A stretch of DNA of 64,000 nucleotides from Halorutilales archaeon Cl-col2-1 (GCA_041891055.1 CP169074.1:1024001-1088000); one strand, 5' to 3'; positions 37,769 through 49,576 are shown, numbered from the stretch's first letter. Notes: a model not told the origin generated them from the letters alone. Numbers and translations: made by a program.

Positions 37769-39706
37769 TTATGCGTTCTGCTTCGTGTACGGGAGCTTTC
37801 CACCCGCTGCGAGGAGTCGGCGCTCTCTCTCACTGGCTTCGAGTTCGACGGGTATCTCTATTCCGTTCGTCTCGTTGACGAGAGTGAACTCCTCGTCTCC
37901 TGCCTCGACCTTCTCGACGACGTTCTCGATACGCAGGTCGTCGCCCTCGTCTATCTTGGCGTAGTCCTCGGGGTTCTTGAACGTCAGCGGAAGGAGACCG
38001 AAGTTGAATAGGTTCGCCTTGTGTATACGCGCGAACGACTTCGCGACGACCGCCTCGACGCCTAAGTTCATCGGACACAGCGCGGCGTGCTCACGGCTCG
38101 ATCCCTGTCCGTAGTTCTCCCCGCCGACTATGACTCCGCCGCCCTTCTGTTTCGCGCGTTCTGCGAAGTCGGAGTCGACACGTGAGAGTGTGTACTCCGA
38201 GAGCTTGTCTATGTTCGATCTGTACATGAGGATCTCACTCGTCGCGGGTATGATGTGGTCGGTGGTTATGTCATCGCCGACCTTGAGGAGTGTCTCTCCC
38301 TCTACGGTGTCACCGAGGGGATCCTTGAGAGGTACCTCGCCTATATTGGGACCCTTCTCAAGCTCGACCTCGTCGTCGTCGGGTTCGAGTAGGTCGACCT
38401 TGCTTCCCGAGAAACCGTCGGGTATGACTGTTCCGGGAGCGTCGACTCCGTAGGTCTCGGCGTAGTCGCGTGGATCTACGAGTTCGCCCTCGACTGATGC
38501 GGCGGCGGCGACCTCGGGCGACGAGAGATAGACCTCATCGTCTTCTATTCCCGAGCGTCCCTCGAAGTTACGGTTGAAGGTCCTGAGTGAGGCGGAGTCG
38601 CTCGCGGGGACATGTCCTATTCCGATACACGCGCCACACGTCGACTCGGACCAGTTGACGCCCGCAGCCATGAGGTCGGCGGCAGTTCCGTTTCTCGCGA
38701 GCATCTCGTCGGTCTGTTTCGAGGCGGGTGCGACTATGGCGTGGACGTCCTCGTCGACTGTGTTGTCATCGAGTGTGCGCGCGAACGACTCGACGTCCTC
38801 GTATCCGCCGTTGGTACACGATCCGACCATGACCTGTTCGACCTCTGTTCCCTCGACCTCGGAGACGGGAACGACATTGTCGGGCATGCTCGGACACGCG
38901 ACGAGAGGCTCTATCTCGCCGAGGTCGATCTCTATGGTGTCGTCGTACTCGGCGTCGTCGTCGGGCTTGAGCTCTGTGTAGTCTTCTTCTCTTCCGAGAC
39001 GTTCGAGGTAGTCGCGCGTCCTCTCGTCGCTCGGGAAGACACTCGAAGTCGCTCCGAGCTCCGTACCCATGTTAGTGATAGTCGTCCTCTCGGGGACGGA
39101 GAGACTCTCGACCCCAGGACCCGTGTACTCGAAGACTCTTCCGACTCCGCCCTCGACGCCATGACGTCGGAGCATCTCGAGTATGACGTCCTTCGCAGTC
39201 GCCCAGTCAGGTAGCTCTCCCGTGAGACGTACCTCGACGACCTCGGGCATCTCGATGTAGTAGGCACCTCCACCCATCGCTACGGCTATATCGAGACCTC
39301 CCGCACCTATCGAGAGCATACCCATTCCGCCCTGTGTCGGCGTGTGGGAGTCGGCTCCGAGGAGAACCTTGCCGGGCTCGGCGAAGTTCTCTGTGTGTAC
39401 CTGGTGACATATGCCGTTTCCGGGGCGTGAGAACCACGCGCCGTACTTGTTCGACGCGCTCTTGAGGAAACGGTGGTCGTCGGTGTTCTTGAAGTCGAAC
39501 TGGTAGGTCTGGTGGTCACAGTACTGTGCGGCGAGTTCGGTCTTGTGTTCGGGCATGTCGAGTGCCTCGAACTGGAGCCAGACGAGTGTGCCTGTCGTGT
39601 CCTGAGACAGAACCTGGTCGACATCTATCCCGATCTCCTCGCCAGGCTCCATATCTCCTTCCACCAAGTGGTCGGAGATAATCTTCTGAGTGATGTTTTG
39701 TCCCAT
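37769..39706 (-). CDS. Aconitate hydratase
   Basis: GICHQV, GADSHT, GSCTNG, CGACIG, TTDHI, NYGQGSSREHA. Confidence 0.93.
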   Translation of the reverse strand: MGQNITQKIISDHLVEGDMEPGEEIGIDVDQVLSQDTTGTLVWLQFEALDMPEHKTELAAQYCDHQTYQFDFKNTDDHRFLKSASNKYGAWFSRPGNGICHQVHTENFAEPGKVLLGADSHTPTQGGMGMLSIGAGGLDIAVAMGGGAYYIEMPEVVEVRLTGELPDWATAKDVILEMLRRHGVEGGVGRVFEYTGPGVESLSVPERTTITNMGTELGATSSVFPSDERTRDYLERLGREEDYTELKPDDDAEYDDTIEIDLGEIEPLVACPSMPDNVVPVSEVEGTEVEQVMVGSCTNGGYEDVESFARTLDDNTVDEDVHAIVAPASKQTDEMLARNGTAADLMAAGVNWSESTCGACIGIGHVPASDSASLRTFNRNFEGRSGIEDDEVYLSSPEVAAAASVEGELVDPRDYAETYGVDAPGTVIPDGFSGSKVDLLEPDDDEVELEKGPNIGEVPLKDPLGDTVEGETLLKVGDDITTDHIIPATSEILMYRSNIDKLSEYTLSRVDSDFAERAKQKGGGVIVGGENYGQGSSREHAALCPMNLGVEAVVAKSFARIHKANLFNFGLLPLTFKNPEDYAKIDEGDDLRIENVVEKVEAGDEEFTLVNETNGIEIPVELEASERERRLLAAGGKLPYTKQNA

Positions 39707-40079
39707 GTGTGGTGATAACCACGGCAACCTAATAAGAGTTTACAGCCGTGTCCGAAACCGTCACGGAGAACCACGGAGTCTGTATAGCGGATTAGGATTT
39801 ACGACGTAACGACGACGGTGTATCAGGGGGGAAGAGAAAGATAGGAGGTTCTGTTGCAAGTCTAGTCGCGACTGTGAGCCTCGTCAGAGCTCAATAAAGT
39901 AAATATCGCTATACACAACCGCACCTCTCAGTCGTCGACAGTCATAGCGTGATATGGTACTTAACCGTGTTTCTGGGAGACACAGTCTGGGTCACGTCGC
40001 CATGAAAGACCTTATGCGAGCGGTGACATCGTCAGCGTCAGCATCGGCGTCATCAGTTTTCAGAGGTGGAAGAACTCTA

Positions 40080-40478
40080 TCAACTGTACTCCTCAATCTC
40101 TATGACTTTCTTCGTCTCAGGATGAGTAAGATCAGTGTCGCGTGAGACTACCGGAGCATCGAGGTCGCGTCCGACTGCGGCGATTAGACCATCAATTCCT
40201 CCGAGAAAAGGACCCTCAGATCCAATCTCATCTGCTATCTCCCCGGCTATTATGGCGGTTTCGGCGTCGGTACTGTATATCTCTCCCCACGACAGATATT
40301 CCTCGGCTGCTTCAAGGTCGCCATCGGGATAGTTTCCCTCTCCGACTAAGATCTCAGCATAAGCAGGTGCGGGAATAATCCAGTGTTGGCTGTCGCCGCC
40401 GTTGTCCTCGTAGAACCTCTTGGTGTCAGGACTTCCATTGAAGTAGTCGATGAGAAAAGAAGTGTCGAGAATCTTCAT
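40080..40478 (-). CDS. vapC: VapC PIN toxin
   Basis: KILDTSFLID...DGLIAAVG...VSRDTDL. Confidence 0.9.
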   Translation of the reverse strand: MKILDTSFLIDYFNGSPDTKRFYEDNGGDSQHWIIPAPAYAEILVGEGNYPDGDLEAAEEYLSWGEIYSTDAETAIIAGEIADEIGSEGPFLGGIDGLIAAVGRDLDAPVVSRDTDLTHPETKKVIEIEEYS

Positions 40479-40480
40479 CG

Positions 40481-40735
40481 CTACTCAGAGAGGGACGAAG
40501 CTGAGGGCTGCTTCAGACGTCTCTTCCGTTCGCCTCTAGAGTTCTGAAGTCCTTCACGTACAGCATCAGCGTGTTCATCAGACCATCTTCCGAATCCCTC
40601 GTAGAAATCTGCCTCAGAGTCCTCGAGTAATATCCTCTCGATAACCTCGTTGAAGCTCTCGCCCTCTCTCTTTCGTTGCTCGAGATGTCTTTTGACCTCG
40701 TCACTCACACGTATCTGTTCTGTCGCAGTGACCAT
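40481..40735 (-). CDS. vapB: VapB-family antitoxin
   Basis: QIRVSDEVKRHLEQRKREGESFNEVIERIL. Confidence 0.88.
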   Translation of the reverse strand: MVTATEQIRVSDEVKRHLEQRKREGESFNEVIERILLEDSEADFYEGFGRWSDEHADAVREGLQNSRGERKRRLKQPSASSLSE

Positions 40736-40739
40736 TCTA

Positions 40740-40762
40740 CCGTGTTGACATCCGTGTTGACA
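40740..40762 (-). promoter_or_regulatory. Tandem 11-bp direct repeat CCGTGTTGACA, probable antitoxin operator
   Basis: Two exact copies immediately upstream of the vapB start. Confidence 0.5.
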
Positions 40763-40828
40763 GAACTTTAGGCTTTCGTGACTCTGAACCGAACCGAAAA
40801 GAGTTCTGAAGAAGATAAAAGAAAGATT

Positions 40829-41542
40829 TCAGTCGTCGCTCGGGACGCGGTCGTGCGTCTCTGTCTCCGACGACGGTTTGTCGAACTGACTTACGAAGTC
40901 GTCTTCTTCTTCCTCTTCTTCCTTCTTCTCCTTAATCTTCTTCATACGGAAGATCTCCTCGCGCTCCATCTCGTCGAGACGTAGCTCTATGAAGTCACGC
41001 GCCTCCTTGAGCTCGGGAAGAAGCTTGAACTCTAGGGCGTTGACACGTCTCTTCGTCTTCTCAATCTCGTCGAGCATCTTTCTCATCGCGGTCTCTATCT
41101 CGGCGGCGAGTATTATCGAGTCGAGGAGCTTCTCGTAAGCCTCCGCCGCCTCGTCGACACGCGCACTCGTGCCGAGAAGACCGTAACCGCGCTCTCCGAT
41201 GTCTTTCTGTACCTTCGACCCCTCGATCTGGGGAACTACGACTCCCATTATGTTCTTCGAGTCGACGACTATCTCGGGAGTCTCGGCACGCGCACTCGCT
41301 GCGCCTCTCACTGCGAGGTCACCGTCCATCGCCCGAGCCTTGTTGATCTTCTTCTGAGCCTCGTCGTAGTCCTGTTCAAGCTGTGAACGTACGTCCTGAG
41401 CCTCGTCAAGTATCTCCATGAACTCCATTATGAGTCCATCGCGCTTCTTCTCGAGAGTGTCGTGACCCTGTTCGGAGAGCTCGATACGATCCTTGATCTC
41501 CATCAGGTTCTTACGCGTGGGTTTGACGTCCTCTACTGCCAT
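40829..41542 (-). CDS. atpD: A-type ATP synthase subunit D
   Basis: KPTRKNL...LEKKRDGL...[10 protein letters not shown]. Confidence 0.95.
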   Translation of the reverse strand: MAVEDVKPTRKNLMEIKDRIELSEQGHDTLEKKRDGLIMEFMEILDEAQDVRSQLEQDYDEAQKKINKARAMDGDLAVRGAASARAETPEIVVDSKNIMGVVVPQIEGSKVQKDIGERGYGLLGTSARVDEAAEAYEKLLDSIILAAEIETAMRKMLDEIEKTKRRVNALEFKLLPELKEARDFIELRLDEMEREEIFRMKKIKEKKEEEEEEDDFVSQFDKPSSETETHDRVPSDD

Positions 41543-41573
41543 TGTGTTGTGGGGATGTTATGTTTTGACGAGG

Positions 41574-42986
41574 TTAAGCCTTCGCCTCGACCTCTTCTTC
41601 GTCTCCTTCTCCTTCTTCCTCGATGTAGTACTCCTCGATGAACTCGTCGCCGACACGTTTGAGCTCGTCCTTCGGGAGCATCGAGAGGAGATCCCACGCT
41701 ATGCCGAGAGTCTCCTCTATCGAACGGTTGGTGTCCCAGCCCTGGTTGACGAACTCCTGTTCGAACCTGTCGGCGAAGTCGAGGAAGAGGTTGTCCCTCT
41801 CCGAGAGCGCCTCACGTCCGACAATGTTAACGAGGTCTCTGAGGTCGTTACCCTCGGCGTAGGCGGCGTACATCTGGTTGGCGACGTCCTCGTGGTCGGC
41901 ACGTGTGAATCCCTCTCCTATTCCGTCGTCCATCAGACGTGAGAGCGACGGAAGGACATCTATCGGTGGGACGACTCCCTCCGATTCGAGGTTCCTGTCT
42001 ATGTATATCTGGCCCTCGGTAATGTAGCCGGTGAGGTCGGGTATGGGATGTGTGTCGTCGTCTCCGGGCATCGTGAGTATAGGGATCTGGGTGACACTTC
42101 CCTCGACTCCCTCGATACGTCCCGCTCTCTCGTAGAGCGAGGCGAGGTCGGTATACATGTAACCCGGGTATCCACGTCGTCCCGGAACCTCCTCACGTGC
42201 CGCGCCTATCTCACGCAGAGCCTCACAGTAGTTGGTCATGTCTGTGAGTATGGTGAGGACGTGGTAGCCCTTGTCGAAGGCGAGGTACTCCGCCGTCGTA
42301 AGAGCGAGTCTCGGAGTGACTATACGCTCGACAGCGGGGTCGTCGGCGAGGTTCTGGAAGACGACAGAACGTTCGAGCGCGCCGGTGCGTTCGAACTCCT
42401 CTAGGAACTCGTTTGACTCCTCCTGTGTGATTCCCATCGCGCCGAAGACGACTGCGAACTCGGTGTCTTCCTCGCCCTCCTCGGGAACCTCAGCCTGTCG
42501 CGCGATCTGGAGCGCGAGGTCGTTATGGGGTAGTCCGCTTCCCGAGAAGATCGGGAGCTTCTGTCCACGTATGAGGGTGTTCATGCCGTCTATCGCGCTG
42601 ACACCCGTCTGTATGAACTCCTTAGGGTACTCACGCGCAGTCGGGTTTATCGAGGCTCCGATTATGTCACGTCTCTCGTCGGGGACTATCTCGGCACCGC
42701 CGTCTATGGGGTTTCCACGTCCCGATAGGACGCGTCCGAGGAGATCCTCGGTGACGGGCATCTTCATCGTCTCTCCGAGGAAACGCACGCTCGAGTTCTG
42801 GTCGATTTCGTTCGTACCCTCGAAGACCTGTACGCTGACTATGTCGTCTCCCGACTCGAGAACCTGCCCCTTCTTGATCTCGTCGCCTACCTTTATCTCG
42901 ACCATCTCGTCGTATCCGACGGGCTCGTCGACCTCAACCATCACGAGGGGTCCGCTGATCTCGTTTATTGTCTTGTACTCCTTCAT
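41574..42986 (-). CDS. atpB: A-type ATP synthase subunit B
   Basis: [45 protein letters not shown]. Confidence 0.97.
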   Translation of the reverse strand: MKEYKTINEISGPLVMVEVDEPVGYDEMVEIKVGDEIKKGQVLESGDDIVSVQVFEGTNEIDQNSSVRFLGETMKMPVTEDLLGRVLSGRGNPIDGGAEIVPDERRDIIGASINPTAREYPKEFIQTGVSAIDGMNTLIRGQKLPIFSGSGLPHNDLALQIARQAEVPEEGEEDTEFAVVFGAMGITQEESNEFLEEFERTGALERSVVFQNLADDPAVERIVTPRLALTTAEYLAFDKGYHVLTILTDMTNYCEALREIGAAREEVPGRRGYPGYMYTDLASLYERAGRIEGVEGSVTQIPILTMPGDDDTHPIPDLTGYITEGQIYIDRNLESEGVVPPIDVLPSLSRLMDDGIGEGFTRADHEDVANQMYAAYAEGNDLRDLVNIVGREALSERDNLFLDFADRFEQEFVNQGWDTNRSIEETLGIAWDLLSMLPKDELKRVGDEFIEEYYIEEEGEGDEEEVEAKA

Positions 42987-42990
42987 GTTA

Positions 42991-44751
42991 TCACCTCATC
43001 TCGTTGAACTCGTTCTCTAACTCCTCGTCTATCTCGTCGACGAGTGGCTCCCAGTCCTCCTCTGTGGGTATGTCGAAGAGGCGCTTCGGCGACTCCGCCT
43101 GGTTTATCTCCTCGACGGGGACACCCGCATCGAGAGCATCAAATGCTAGGTCGTTGAACTTACGTATCAGACTCAGCATCGCGAACTGCTTGTCTAGCTC
43201 ACAGTAGGTATCGACGTCGTGGAAGGCGTTCTGCTGTAGGAAGACCTCACGTATGTAACGCGCGACCTCGAGTGTGAGCTGCTGATCCTCGGGGAGAGCG
43301 TCCTTTCCGACGAGCTGGACGATCTCCTGTAGCTCGTTCTCCTCGTCGAGTACACCCACAGCCCACTGTCTCGCGTCGGGCCAGTCGGCGTCGACCTCGT
43401 CCTCAAAGAACGGGTCGAGCTGTCCCTTGTAGAGCGAGTACGAGTCGTTCCAGTTTATCGACGGGAAGTGGCGTCTCTCGGCGAGGTCGGCATCGAGAGC
43501 CCAGAAACACTTCACGATACGCAGAGTGTTCTGTGTGACGGGCTCCGAGAAGTCGCCTCCAGGTGGCGAGACAGCACCTATGACACTCACGCTGCCGTCC
43601 TGGTTTCCGAGCGTGTTGACACGTCCTGCACGCTCGTAGAACTCGGCGAGAGCCGCTGCGAGGTATGCGGGGTATCCCTCCTCACCGGGCATCTCCTCAA
43701 GGCGCGACGATATCTCACGCATCGCCTCAGCCCATCGGCTCGTCGAGTCCGCCATCAGAGCGACGTCGTATCCCATGTCACGGTAGTACTCGGCTAGAGT
43801 GATTCCGGTGTATATCGAAGACTCGCGCGCCGCGACGGGCATGTTACTCGTGTTAGCTATGAGAGAAGTCCTCGACATCAGGGGGTTCCCCGTCTTGGGA
43901 TCTTCGAGTTCGGGGAAGTCATCGACAACCTCGGTCATCTCGTTTCCTCTCTCACCACAGCCGACGTAGATGACTATGTCTGCGTCACTCCATTTCGCAA
44001 GCTGGTGCTGTGTGACTGTCTTTCCGCTTCCGAAGGGTCCCGGAATCGCCGCTGTACCTCCCTTAGCGATAGGGAAGAGACCGTCGAGTACACGCTGTCC
44101 CGTCACGAGAGGGTCGCGCGGGGTGACCTTCTCGTCGAAGGGTCTCGACTTCCTGACAGGCCACTCCTGTTTCATCGTGATCTCAGTTCCGTCTTCGAGT
44201 ATCACGACGGGCTCCTCGACGGTGTAATCTCCCTGCTTGACCTCGGCGACGGTGCCGCCGTCCTCGTCGGGCGGAACCATTACCTTGTGGTCTATGCTTA
44301 TTGTCTCGGGGACTGTGCCAACTATATCTCCGGAGCCTATCTCGTCGCCCTCCTCGACCTCGGGTACAAACTCCCACTCCTTCTCGAGGTCGATACCCGG
44401 GGCGTCGACTCCTCTGTCGAGGAAAGCCCCCATCTCGTCTTCGAGTATGTCGAGAGGACGCTGGACTCCGTCGTATATCGTATCGAGTATTCCGGGTCCG
44501 AGGTCGACACTCAGGGGTGCTCCCGTTGTTACGACGGGCTCTCCGGGGCTGATCCCCGAGGTCTCCTCGTAGACCTGTATAGTCGTCGTGTCGCCCTCTA
44601 TCTCTATGACCTCACCCATCAGTCCTTCGTCTCCGACGTAGACGACGTCGTTCATACGTGCGTCGAGACCCGTCGCCTCAACGACGGGACCGCTCACGTT
44701 GGATATCTCGCCATCACCGTCTTCGACGGTCTGCTGTTCTGCCTTGCTCAT
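42991..44751 (-). CDS. atpA: A-type ATP synthase subunit A
   Basis: [28 protein letters not shown]; no intein. Confidence 0.97.
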   Translation of the reverse strand: MSKAEQQTVEDGDGEISNVSGPVVEATGLDARMNDVVYVGDEGLMGEVIEIEGDTTTIQVYEETSGISPGEPVVTTGAPLSVDLGPGILDTIYDGVQRPLDILEDEMGAFLDRGVDAPGIDLEKEWEFVPEVEEGDEIGSGDIVGTVPETISIDHKVMVPPDEDGGTVAEVKQGDYTVEEPVVILEDGTEITMKQEWPVRKSRPFDEKVTPRDPLVTGQRVLDGLFPIAKGGTAAIPGPFGSGKTVTQHQLAKWSDADIVIYVGCGERGNEMTEVVDDFPELEDPKTGNPLMSRTSLIANTSNMPVAARESSIYTGITLAEYYRDMGYDVALMADSTSRWAEAMREISSRLEEMPGEEGYPAYLAAALAEFYERAGRVNTLGNQDGSVSVIGAVSPPGGDFSEPVTQNTLRIVKCFWALDADLAERRHFPSINWNDSYSLYKGQLDPFFEDEVDADWPDARQWAVGVLDEENELQEIVQLVGKDALPEDQQLTLEVARYIREVFLQQNAFHDVDTYCELDKQFAMLSLIRKFNDLAFDALDAGVPVEEINQAESPKRLFDIPTEEDWEPLVDEIDEELENEFNEMR

Positions 44752-44753
44752 GT

Positions 44754-45068
44754 TTATTCCTCCATAAGGTCTATTCCGATTGCACGTTTTATCTTCTGTC
44801 TGAGTCCGCCTGCGCCGCCCTCACCGCCGAGCGTCACGAAGGTCGGCTCTATGCTGTTCTCTACCTCGTTCCTGACGTCCCTCGACAGGTAGTCGAGGTC
44901 ATCTTGGTGCATCACTATTATTCCGACTTCGTCGTTTCCGAGGAGATCCTCGACTGCGCCGTCTAGCTCCTCGTCCTTGTTCTGGTCACGAACCTCGCGG
45001 AAGGTGTCGACTCCCGCGAGACGGAAACCGTCGGTGAAGTCGGGACTTCCGATTACGCCTACCTTCAT
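44754..45068 (-). CDS. atpF: A-type ATP synthase subunit F
   Basis: GFRLAGV...[13 protein letters not shown]. Confidence 0.93.
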   Translation of the reverse strand: MKVGVIGSPDFTDGFRLAGVDTFREVRDQNKDEELDGAVEDLLGNDEVGIIVMHQDDLDYLSRDVRNEVENSIEPTFVTLGGEGGAGGLRQKIKRAIGIDLMEE

Positions 45069-46168
45069 TCTACCACCATGATGGATTCCTCTATCTCCTC
45101 ACGGCTGAGTCCGGCTTCCTTTCCGCGTGCTATCGCACGTATGTTGGCGACCTCGCGCTCCTTGTGGAGTATATACGAGATCACGGGAGCCATCGAGAGG
45201 GGATACTGGTAGGTCATCCGCTGTGAGTATCCCATCAGAACCCTGTCTATCGCCTCGTCGAACTCCGTGAGGCTTCCTGCCTCCTCGAGCGCGTTTATGG
45301 CGTCTTCGAGGCGGTCACCGTATTCGGACTCTCTCAGAGCGTTGAGTAGCTCCTCGCGGTTGCCTGAGAGCCTCTTGAGGTCGTCCTCGGAGAAAGCCTT
45401 TCCGCCCTCGATGAAGTAATCGGAGATGTCGACGTTCTCCATCTCCTCGGCGACACGAACCGTGTTACGTATGTTGAGTATGTCGATCTCTGTTCTGAGA
45501 AGGTCGTTGTAGACCTGTCTGGGCCCCTGTCCTCCCTGTACCTTCGATCGGAGTCCCGCTCCGAGGTCGTCGTCATCTCCTCCGACTAGCTGTTCGTAGA
45601 AGGTTCTGTCGACAGCGTTCTCGAGCGGAAGTAAGACTCCCGTCTCACGGAACTCGTCGAAGGCGTCTTCGAGACCCTCGCCGAAGACAGTTCCCGAGAG
45701 GGACTCGACGACCTGTTCGATGTCTTCGAGTCCGAGAAGGTCGTCAAAGACCTCCTCGTCGAGCTCTCCCGCGAGTATGAGGTCGTTCTTTATCTCGGTA
45801 TCCGTAGCGCCCGTGTAGACGCCACGTAGAACCGTCTTGATATTCCACGCGTCGTAGCTACGCAGGTACTCGACGACGAGTTCACTTAGGTCGCCCTTCG
45901 ACCAGCTCACTATGTCGCTGAAATGGCGCGCCATGTTGTCGTAGAGGGCGTACTCAACGAGGTCGACCCCCGTGTACCGCGACGCGAGACGGTCGACTTC
46001 GCGCGAGTACTCCGACTCCTCCATGAACCGCGCTATCTCGTTGGGCTGCATACGCACGAGCTTCCTGTAGTCGTCCTCGTCGAAGAGCTTCGACTTACGG
46101 ACTCGGACGCGCGAGGTCACGTACTCGAAGTTCGACTGTTCGGAGATCTCTGCTTCGGCTCCTGCCAC
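45065..46168 (-). CDS. atpC: A-type ATP synthase subunit C
   Basis: YVTSRVRVRKSKLF...KEREVANIRAIARG. Confidence 0.92.
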   Translation of the reverse strand: MAGAEAEISEQSNFEYVTSRVRVRKSKLFDEDDYRKLVRMQPNEIARFMEESEYSREVDRLASRYTGVDLVEYALYDNMARHFSDIVSWSKGDLSELVVEYLRSYDAWNIKTVLRGVYTGATDTEIKNDLILAGELDEEVFDDLLGLEDIEQVVESLSGTVFGEGLEDAFDEFRETGVLLPLENAVDRTFYEQLVGGDDDDLGAGLRSKVQGGQGPRQVYNDLLRTEIDILNIRNTVRVAEEMENVDISDYFIEGGKAFSEDDLKRLSGNREELLNALRESEYGDRLEDAINALEEAGSLTEFDEAIDRVLMGYSQRMTYQYPLSMAPVISYILHKEREVANIRAIARGKEAGLSREEIEESIMVVE

Positions 46169-46170
46169 GG

Positions 46171-46752
46171 CTAATCACCCTCTCCGAAGAGAGTCGACGA
46201 GACCTGTTTCATGCTGTCGTCCCAGACCTCGTCGAGGACGGAGTCGAACGAGTTGTCGACCCTGACCTTACCGCCCTCAGCCTCGACGACAACGCCTCCG
46301 AGTATGTCGGTGGTGCCACCGAGCTCGAAGCCATCGTACGACTCAAGGAGTTCGCTGACTGTGTCCTCGTCCTTCTCCGCGGCGTAGACGGTTCCCGAGT
46401 CAGCGTCAAGATCCTCGACGGCTCCTTCGAGAAGCTCCTGGTTGAGCTCGTCTCTGTCTTCTTCGAGGCTGCTTACCCTCTCCTCAACGTCGTCTCTGAG
46501 ATCGTCGAGGAGTCTCTTCTTCGCCTGGAGCCTCATCTGTTTAGCCTCGAGCTTCGCGCTCGCAAGCGTCTCCTCGCGCCGCGTCTCAATCTCCGACTCG
46601 ACTTCGTCCTCCGCCTCGGCGATTATCTCGTCTGCCTCTTCCTCGGCGTCGGATACTATCTCGTCGGCGCGCTCCTCAGCCTCCTCAATGATCTCCTCGG
46701 CTTCGTCACGAGCCTCGTCCTTTATATCCTCAACTACTGTTTGTAGTCCCAT
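46171..46752 (-). CDS. atpE: A-type ATP synthase subunit E
   Basis: Coiled coil, ILGGVVVE...RVDNSFD. Confidence 0.92.
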   Translation of the reverse strand: MGLQTVVEDIKDEARDEAEEIIEEAEERADEIVSDAEEEADEIIAEAEDEVESEIETRREETLASAKLEAKQMRLQAKKRLLDDLRDDVEERVSSLEEDRDELNQELLEGAVEDLDADSGTVYAAEKDEDTVSELLESYDGFELGGTTDILGGVVVEAEGGKVRVDNSFDSVLDEVWDDSMKQVSSTLFGEGD

Positions 46753-46774
46753 TGTTAAAGAAAAAGAGGTGTTT

Positions 46775-47023
46775 TTAGACTACGAATATGACGACCAGAG
46801 CAAGTATGACGAGGGTCTCGGGAAGGACTGTCATTATGAGACCCTGTGTGAAGAGGCTCTGATCCTCCGCCATGGCGCCTACCGCCGCCGAGCCTATTCC
46901 TCTCTCAGCATATCCTGCACCGAGCGCGGCGAGTCCGACTCCGAGCGCCGCCGCGGCACTTGCGGGGATAGCGGGTGCTGACTGCTGAAGCGATACTGCG
47001 TTTTCGACTAGTGTTCCTATCAT
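46775..47023 (-). CDS. atpK: A-type ATP synthase subunit K (c, proteolipid)
   Basis: GAGYAERGIGSAAVG...LPETLVIL. Confidence 0.93.
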   Translation of the reverse strand: MIGTLVENAVSLQQSAPAIPASAAAALGVGLAALGAGYAERGIGSAAVGAMAEDQSLFTQGLIMTVLPETLVILALVVIFVV

Positions 47024-47029
47024 TGTTGT

Positions 47030-49138
47030 TTACTCCTCTGTGGTATACTTTCTTTCAAATCCAAACGGTTCGTATGTCTCACCGCCGCCTTCATAAAACT
47101 TACCAAAGAACTCTACGTATTCAAGACGCACTCCCTGAAGTCCCGCGCTCGTGACACCGAGTGCGAGTACGAGAATATGTCCCACGACCAGGACGACTAC
47201 TCCTCCGATCATTCCGACTACTCCCATCTCGAATAGTCCTGGGAACATGAGTGCCTCCTGACCGTACTCTTCGACGGCGTGTGACGATGCTTCTCCAAGT
47301 AGGAAATGGAACTCGCCGTGGTGCTCATAGGCTCCGAAGACGAGGAGGTTGACGACGAACGCCATCCCTGCCTTTGCGAGCAGAACCGCGGCGAGACGAG
47401 TGTACGACAGTACGTTGACGAGAACGTTGAGGAACTCGACAACCTCGACTATGTCAGCCATAGCGAGAAGTACGACTCCCGCGAAGAAGACGACAAGTCC
47501 AACGTATCCAACTGTCGTTGGAAGCCCCGTGAATCCGAGTCCGAAGGGATTGCCCGCAAAGACCGACTCGGATCCGACGAGTATCGGGGGTGCCTTTCCG
47601 AATGCTCCGGCGAAGATCCACGTCCAGAGTCCGAACATCATCATCAGCCACGATCCGCTCTCCTTCATCGCGTCACCGAAGCCGTGTTCGAGGTTGGCTA
47701 TGAAGTCGGTTATCCATCCCACCGTGAGATGGATGATTCCGACGAATAATGAGACGACGATCCATGCGAGGGCGTAGTCTCCGAAGGCTGGCTGAAGACC
47801 CTTGTGTATCGGGGGATGTCCTCCCCAGACGACCTCGCCTAAGACGTGGAGTCCGAATATCTCGCCGTAGAGTACTCCGAAGACAGCCGTCGATCCGCCA
47901 GCCCAGAGTGTCAGACCGCCGAGGCTTCTGAGAGCCGGGCTCTCGAACTTGGTGTAGAGAACGGCTCCTATTCCGAGGTAGAGAAGACCGTACCCGAGGT
48001 CTCCTATCATGAAGCCGAAGAAGGCGGGGAACGTCAGAAGAAGGAAGAGTGTCGGATCTACCTCGGAGTACTTCGGCAGGCTGACAGCCTCGACGAGTAT
48101 CTCGAAGGGCTTCGCGGGACCCGGATTATCCTGTACGACGGGAGGACTGTCTTCTTCCTCCTCGTCTGTGTGTCCGTGACCGTGATCTTCTTCCCTCTCT
48201 GCTCTCTTGAGCTCCCTTATGTCGACGTGTCCTCCGACTACGTCCTTGACCCTCGACTCAAGCTCGTCGAAGGTCTCAGTCGGAATCCAGCCCTCAACGA
48301 CGAACGAGTTTTCCGTAGTCGCAAACCTGAGAGGAGCCTCCGCCTTCTCTACGTCTACGGTGAGCGCCTCCTCAGCGGCGAGGAGGAAGTCGGCTGAGTT
48401 GTTCTTTATCTCCTCACGTACCGAGTCGAGGTCGTCGAGCTCCGACTCCAGACGGCTCTGACGTGTCTCTAGCTCTCTGAGAAGCTCCTCGGGGGAGCCC
48501 TCCGCATCGGGAACCTCGACCGCCGAAAAGCTCGCGCTTACGAGCACATCCGAAAGGTCGGTGTCATCGGTGACCGTAGCCGCTACGGCGACTACGTCGG
48601 AGCCGCTGCCTCCGATTATCTCGAACTCGTCGACCTCCTCCGACGACCTCAGGACGTCCTTTACGCCGTCTACGTCGCCCGTCTCTCCCACGACTACGTC
48701 TATCGAGTCGTATCCTCGGAGTAGGTCGAGGTCGACTCCGAGCTCCGCGAAGGGTTCGAGAGACGACTTCTGATCGCGGACCTCCCTGAGCTGGTCACGG
48801 AGGTCGTCACGTTCGTCCTCTAAGTCGTTGACCTTCTGACGGACGGTTTCGAGGCGCGACTCTATCTCGTCGTCGTCGAGGTCGAACGCCGTGTTCCGGC
48901 TGTAGTCGTCGTCCTCGACTCCGAGTATATTCTGTATAGAACGTATCTGGACGAGCTTCTCGCTCGCCTCCTCGCCGAGGTCGAGAGGATCGCCGTTGTC
49001 GAAGCCCTCCCAGCTTCCGTCGTAGTCCTCCATGTGGAGGAGGTCGAGGCTGTAGAGCGACTCTATGACGTCGTCTAGAACTCCCTTAGATCCCACTACG
49101 GAGACCTTGCTCATCTCCTTAGGTCTGAGTCCTGGCAT
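47030..49138 (-). CDS. atpI: A-type ATP synthase subunit I (a)
   Basis: PKYSEVDPT, MIGDLGYG, SYTRL, RLEYVEFF. Confidence 0.95.
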   Translation of the reverse strand: MPGLRPKEMSKVSVVGSKGVLDDVIESLYSLDLLHMEDYDGSWEGFDNGDPLDLGEEASEKLVQIRSIQNILGVEDDDYSRNTAFDLDDDEIESRLETVRQKVNDLEDERDDLRDQLREVRDQKSSLEPFAELGVDLDLLRGYDSIDVVVGETGDVDGVKDVLRSSEEVDEFEIIGGSGSDVVAVAATVTDDTDLSDVLVSASFSAVEVPDAEGSPEELLRELETRQSRLESELDDLDSVREEIKNNSADFLLAAEEALTVDVEKAEAPLRFATTENSFVVEGWIPTETFDELESRVKDVVGGHVDIRELKRAEREEDHGHGHTDEEEEDSPPVVQDNPGPAKPFEILVEAVSLPKYSEVDPTLFLLLTFPAFFGFMIGDLGYGLLYLGIGAVLYTKFESPALRSLGGLTLWAGGSTAVFGVLYGEIFGLHVLGEVVWGGHPPIHKGLQPAFGDYALAWIVVSLFVGIIHLTVGWITDFIANLEHGFGDAMKESGSWLMMMFGLWTWIFAGAFGKAPPILVGSESVFAGNPFGLGFTGLPTTVGYVGLVVFFAGVVLLAMADIVEVVEFLNVLVNVLSYTRLAAVLLAKAGMAFVVNLLVFGAYEHHGEFHFLLGEASSHAVEEYGQEALMFPGLFEMGVVGMIGGVVVLVVGHILVLALGVTSAGLQGVRLEYVEFFGKFYEGGGETYEPFGFERKYTTEE

Positions 49139-49466
49139 GCACCCCCTCCTTGAATCTGTCTAAGACTCCCTCGACGGCTTCCTCGGTGTTCTTCTCAGCC
49201 TCGTCTTCGAGGTCGCGAACGTCGTCCCTCCCGTCGTCGAGTATCCTCTGCTTCTTCTCGTCTATCTCCTCCTCCGCCTCGGCGAGTTTCTCCTCCTTGA
49301 GACTACTCGCCTCTTCCTCTGCGTCTGAGAGGATCTCGTCTGCTTCCCGGCGCGCTTCCTCGACTATCTCGTCGGCTTCTTCCTCGGCTTCCGCGACTAT
49401 CTCGTCTGCGTCTTTCTCAGCCTGCTTTATGTCGCTTAGTATGCCTTCTTCCTCTGCGGTTGCCAT
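49119..49466 (-). CDS. atpH: A-type ATP synthase subunit H
   Basis: Acidic coiled coil, first gene of the atp operon. Confidence 0.88.
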   Translation of the reverse strand: MATAEEEGILSDIKQAEKDADEIVAEAEEEADEIVEEARREADEILSDAEEEASSLKEEKLAEAEEEIDEKKQRILDDGRDDVRDLEDEAEKNTEEAVEGVLDRFKEGVHARTQT

Positions 49467-49576
49467 CTTATTAACATGAATTTGTGTGTAGATGAGTATA
49501 AGGAGGTTTCTATTTTGTAGAGAGGATGAGAAAACAAAACCTCTAATACCGTGGACGACTAACTTCGTCAGATTAG

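Noticed and set aside
10169-39727. Extended N-termini in the ORF track (11455, 13634, 25267, 31763, 33642, 39727)
   Set aside because: Extensions overlap neighbouring genes or promoters; family homology begins at the internal ATGs used here
42991-44751. Intein in atpA
   Set aside because: Normal length (586 aa) and continuous motifs
46171-49466. Repetitive EEEADEI-like sequence in atpE/atpH
   Set aside because: Expected acidic coiled-coil periodicity of peripheral stalk subunits
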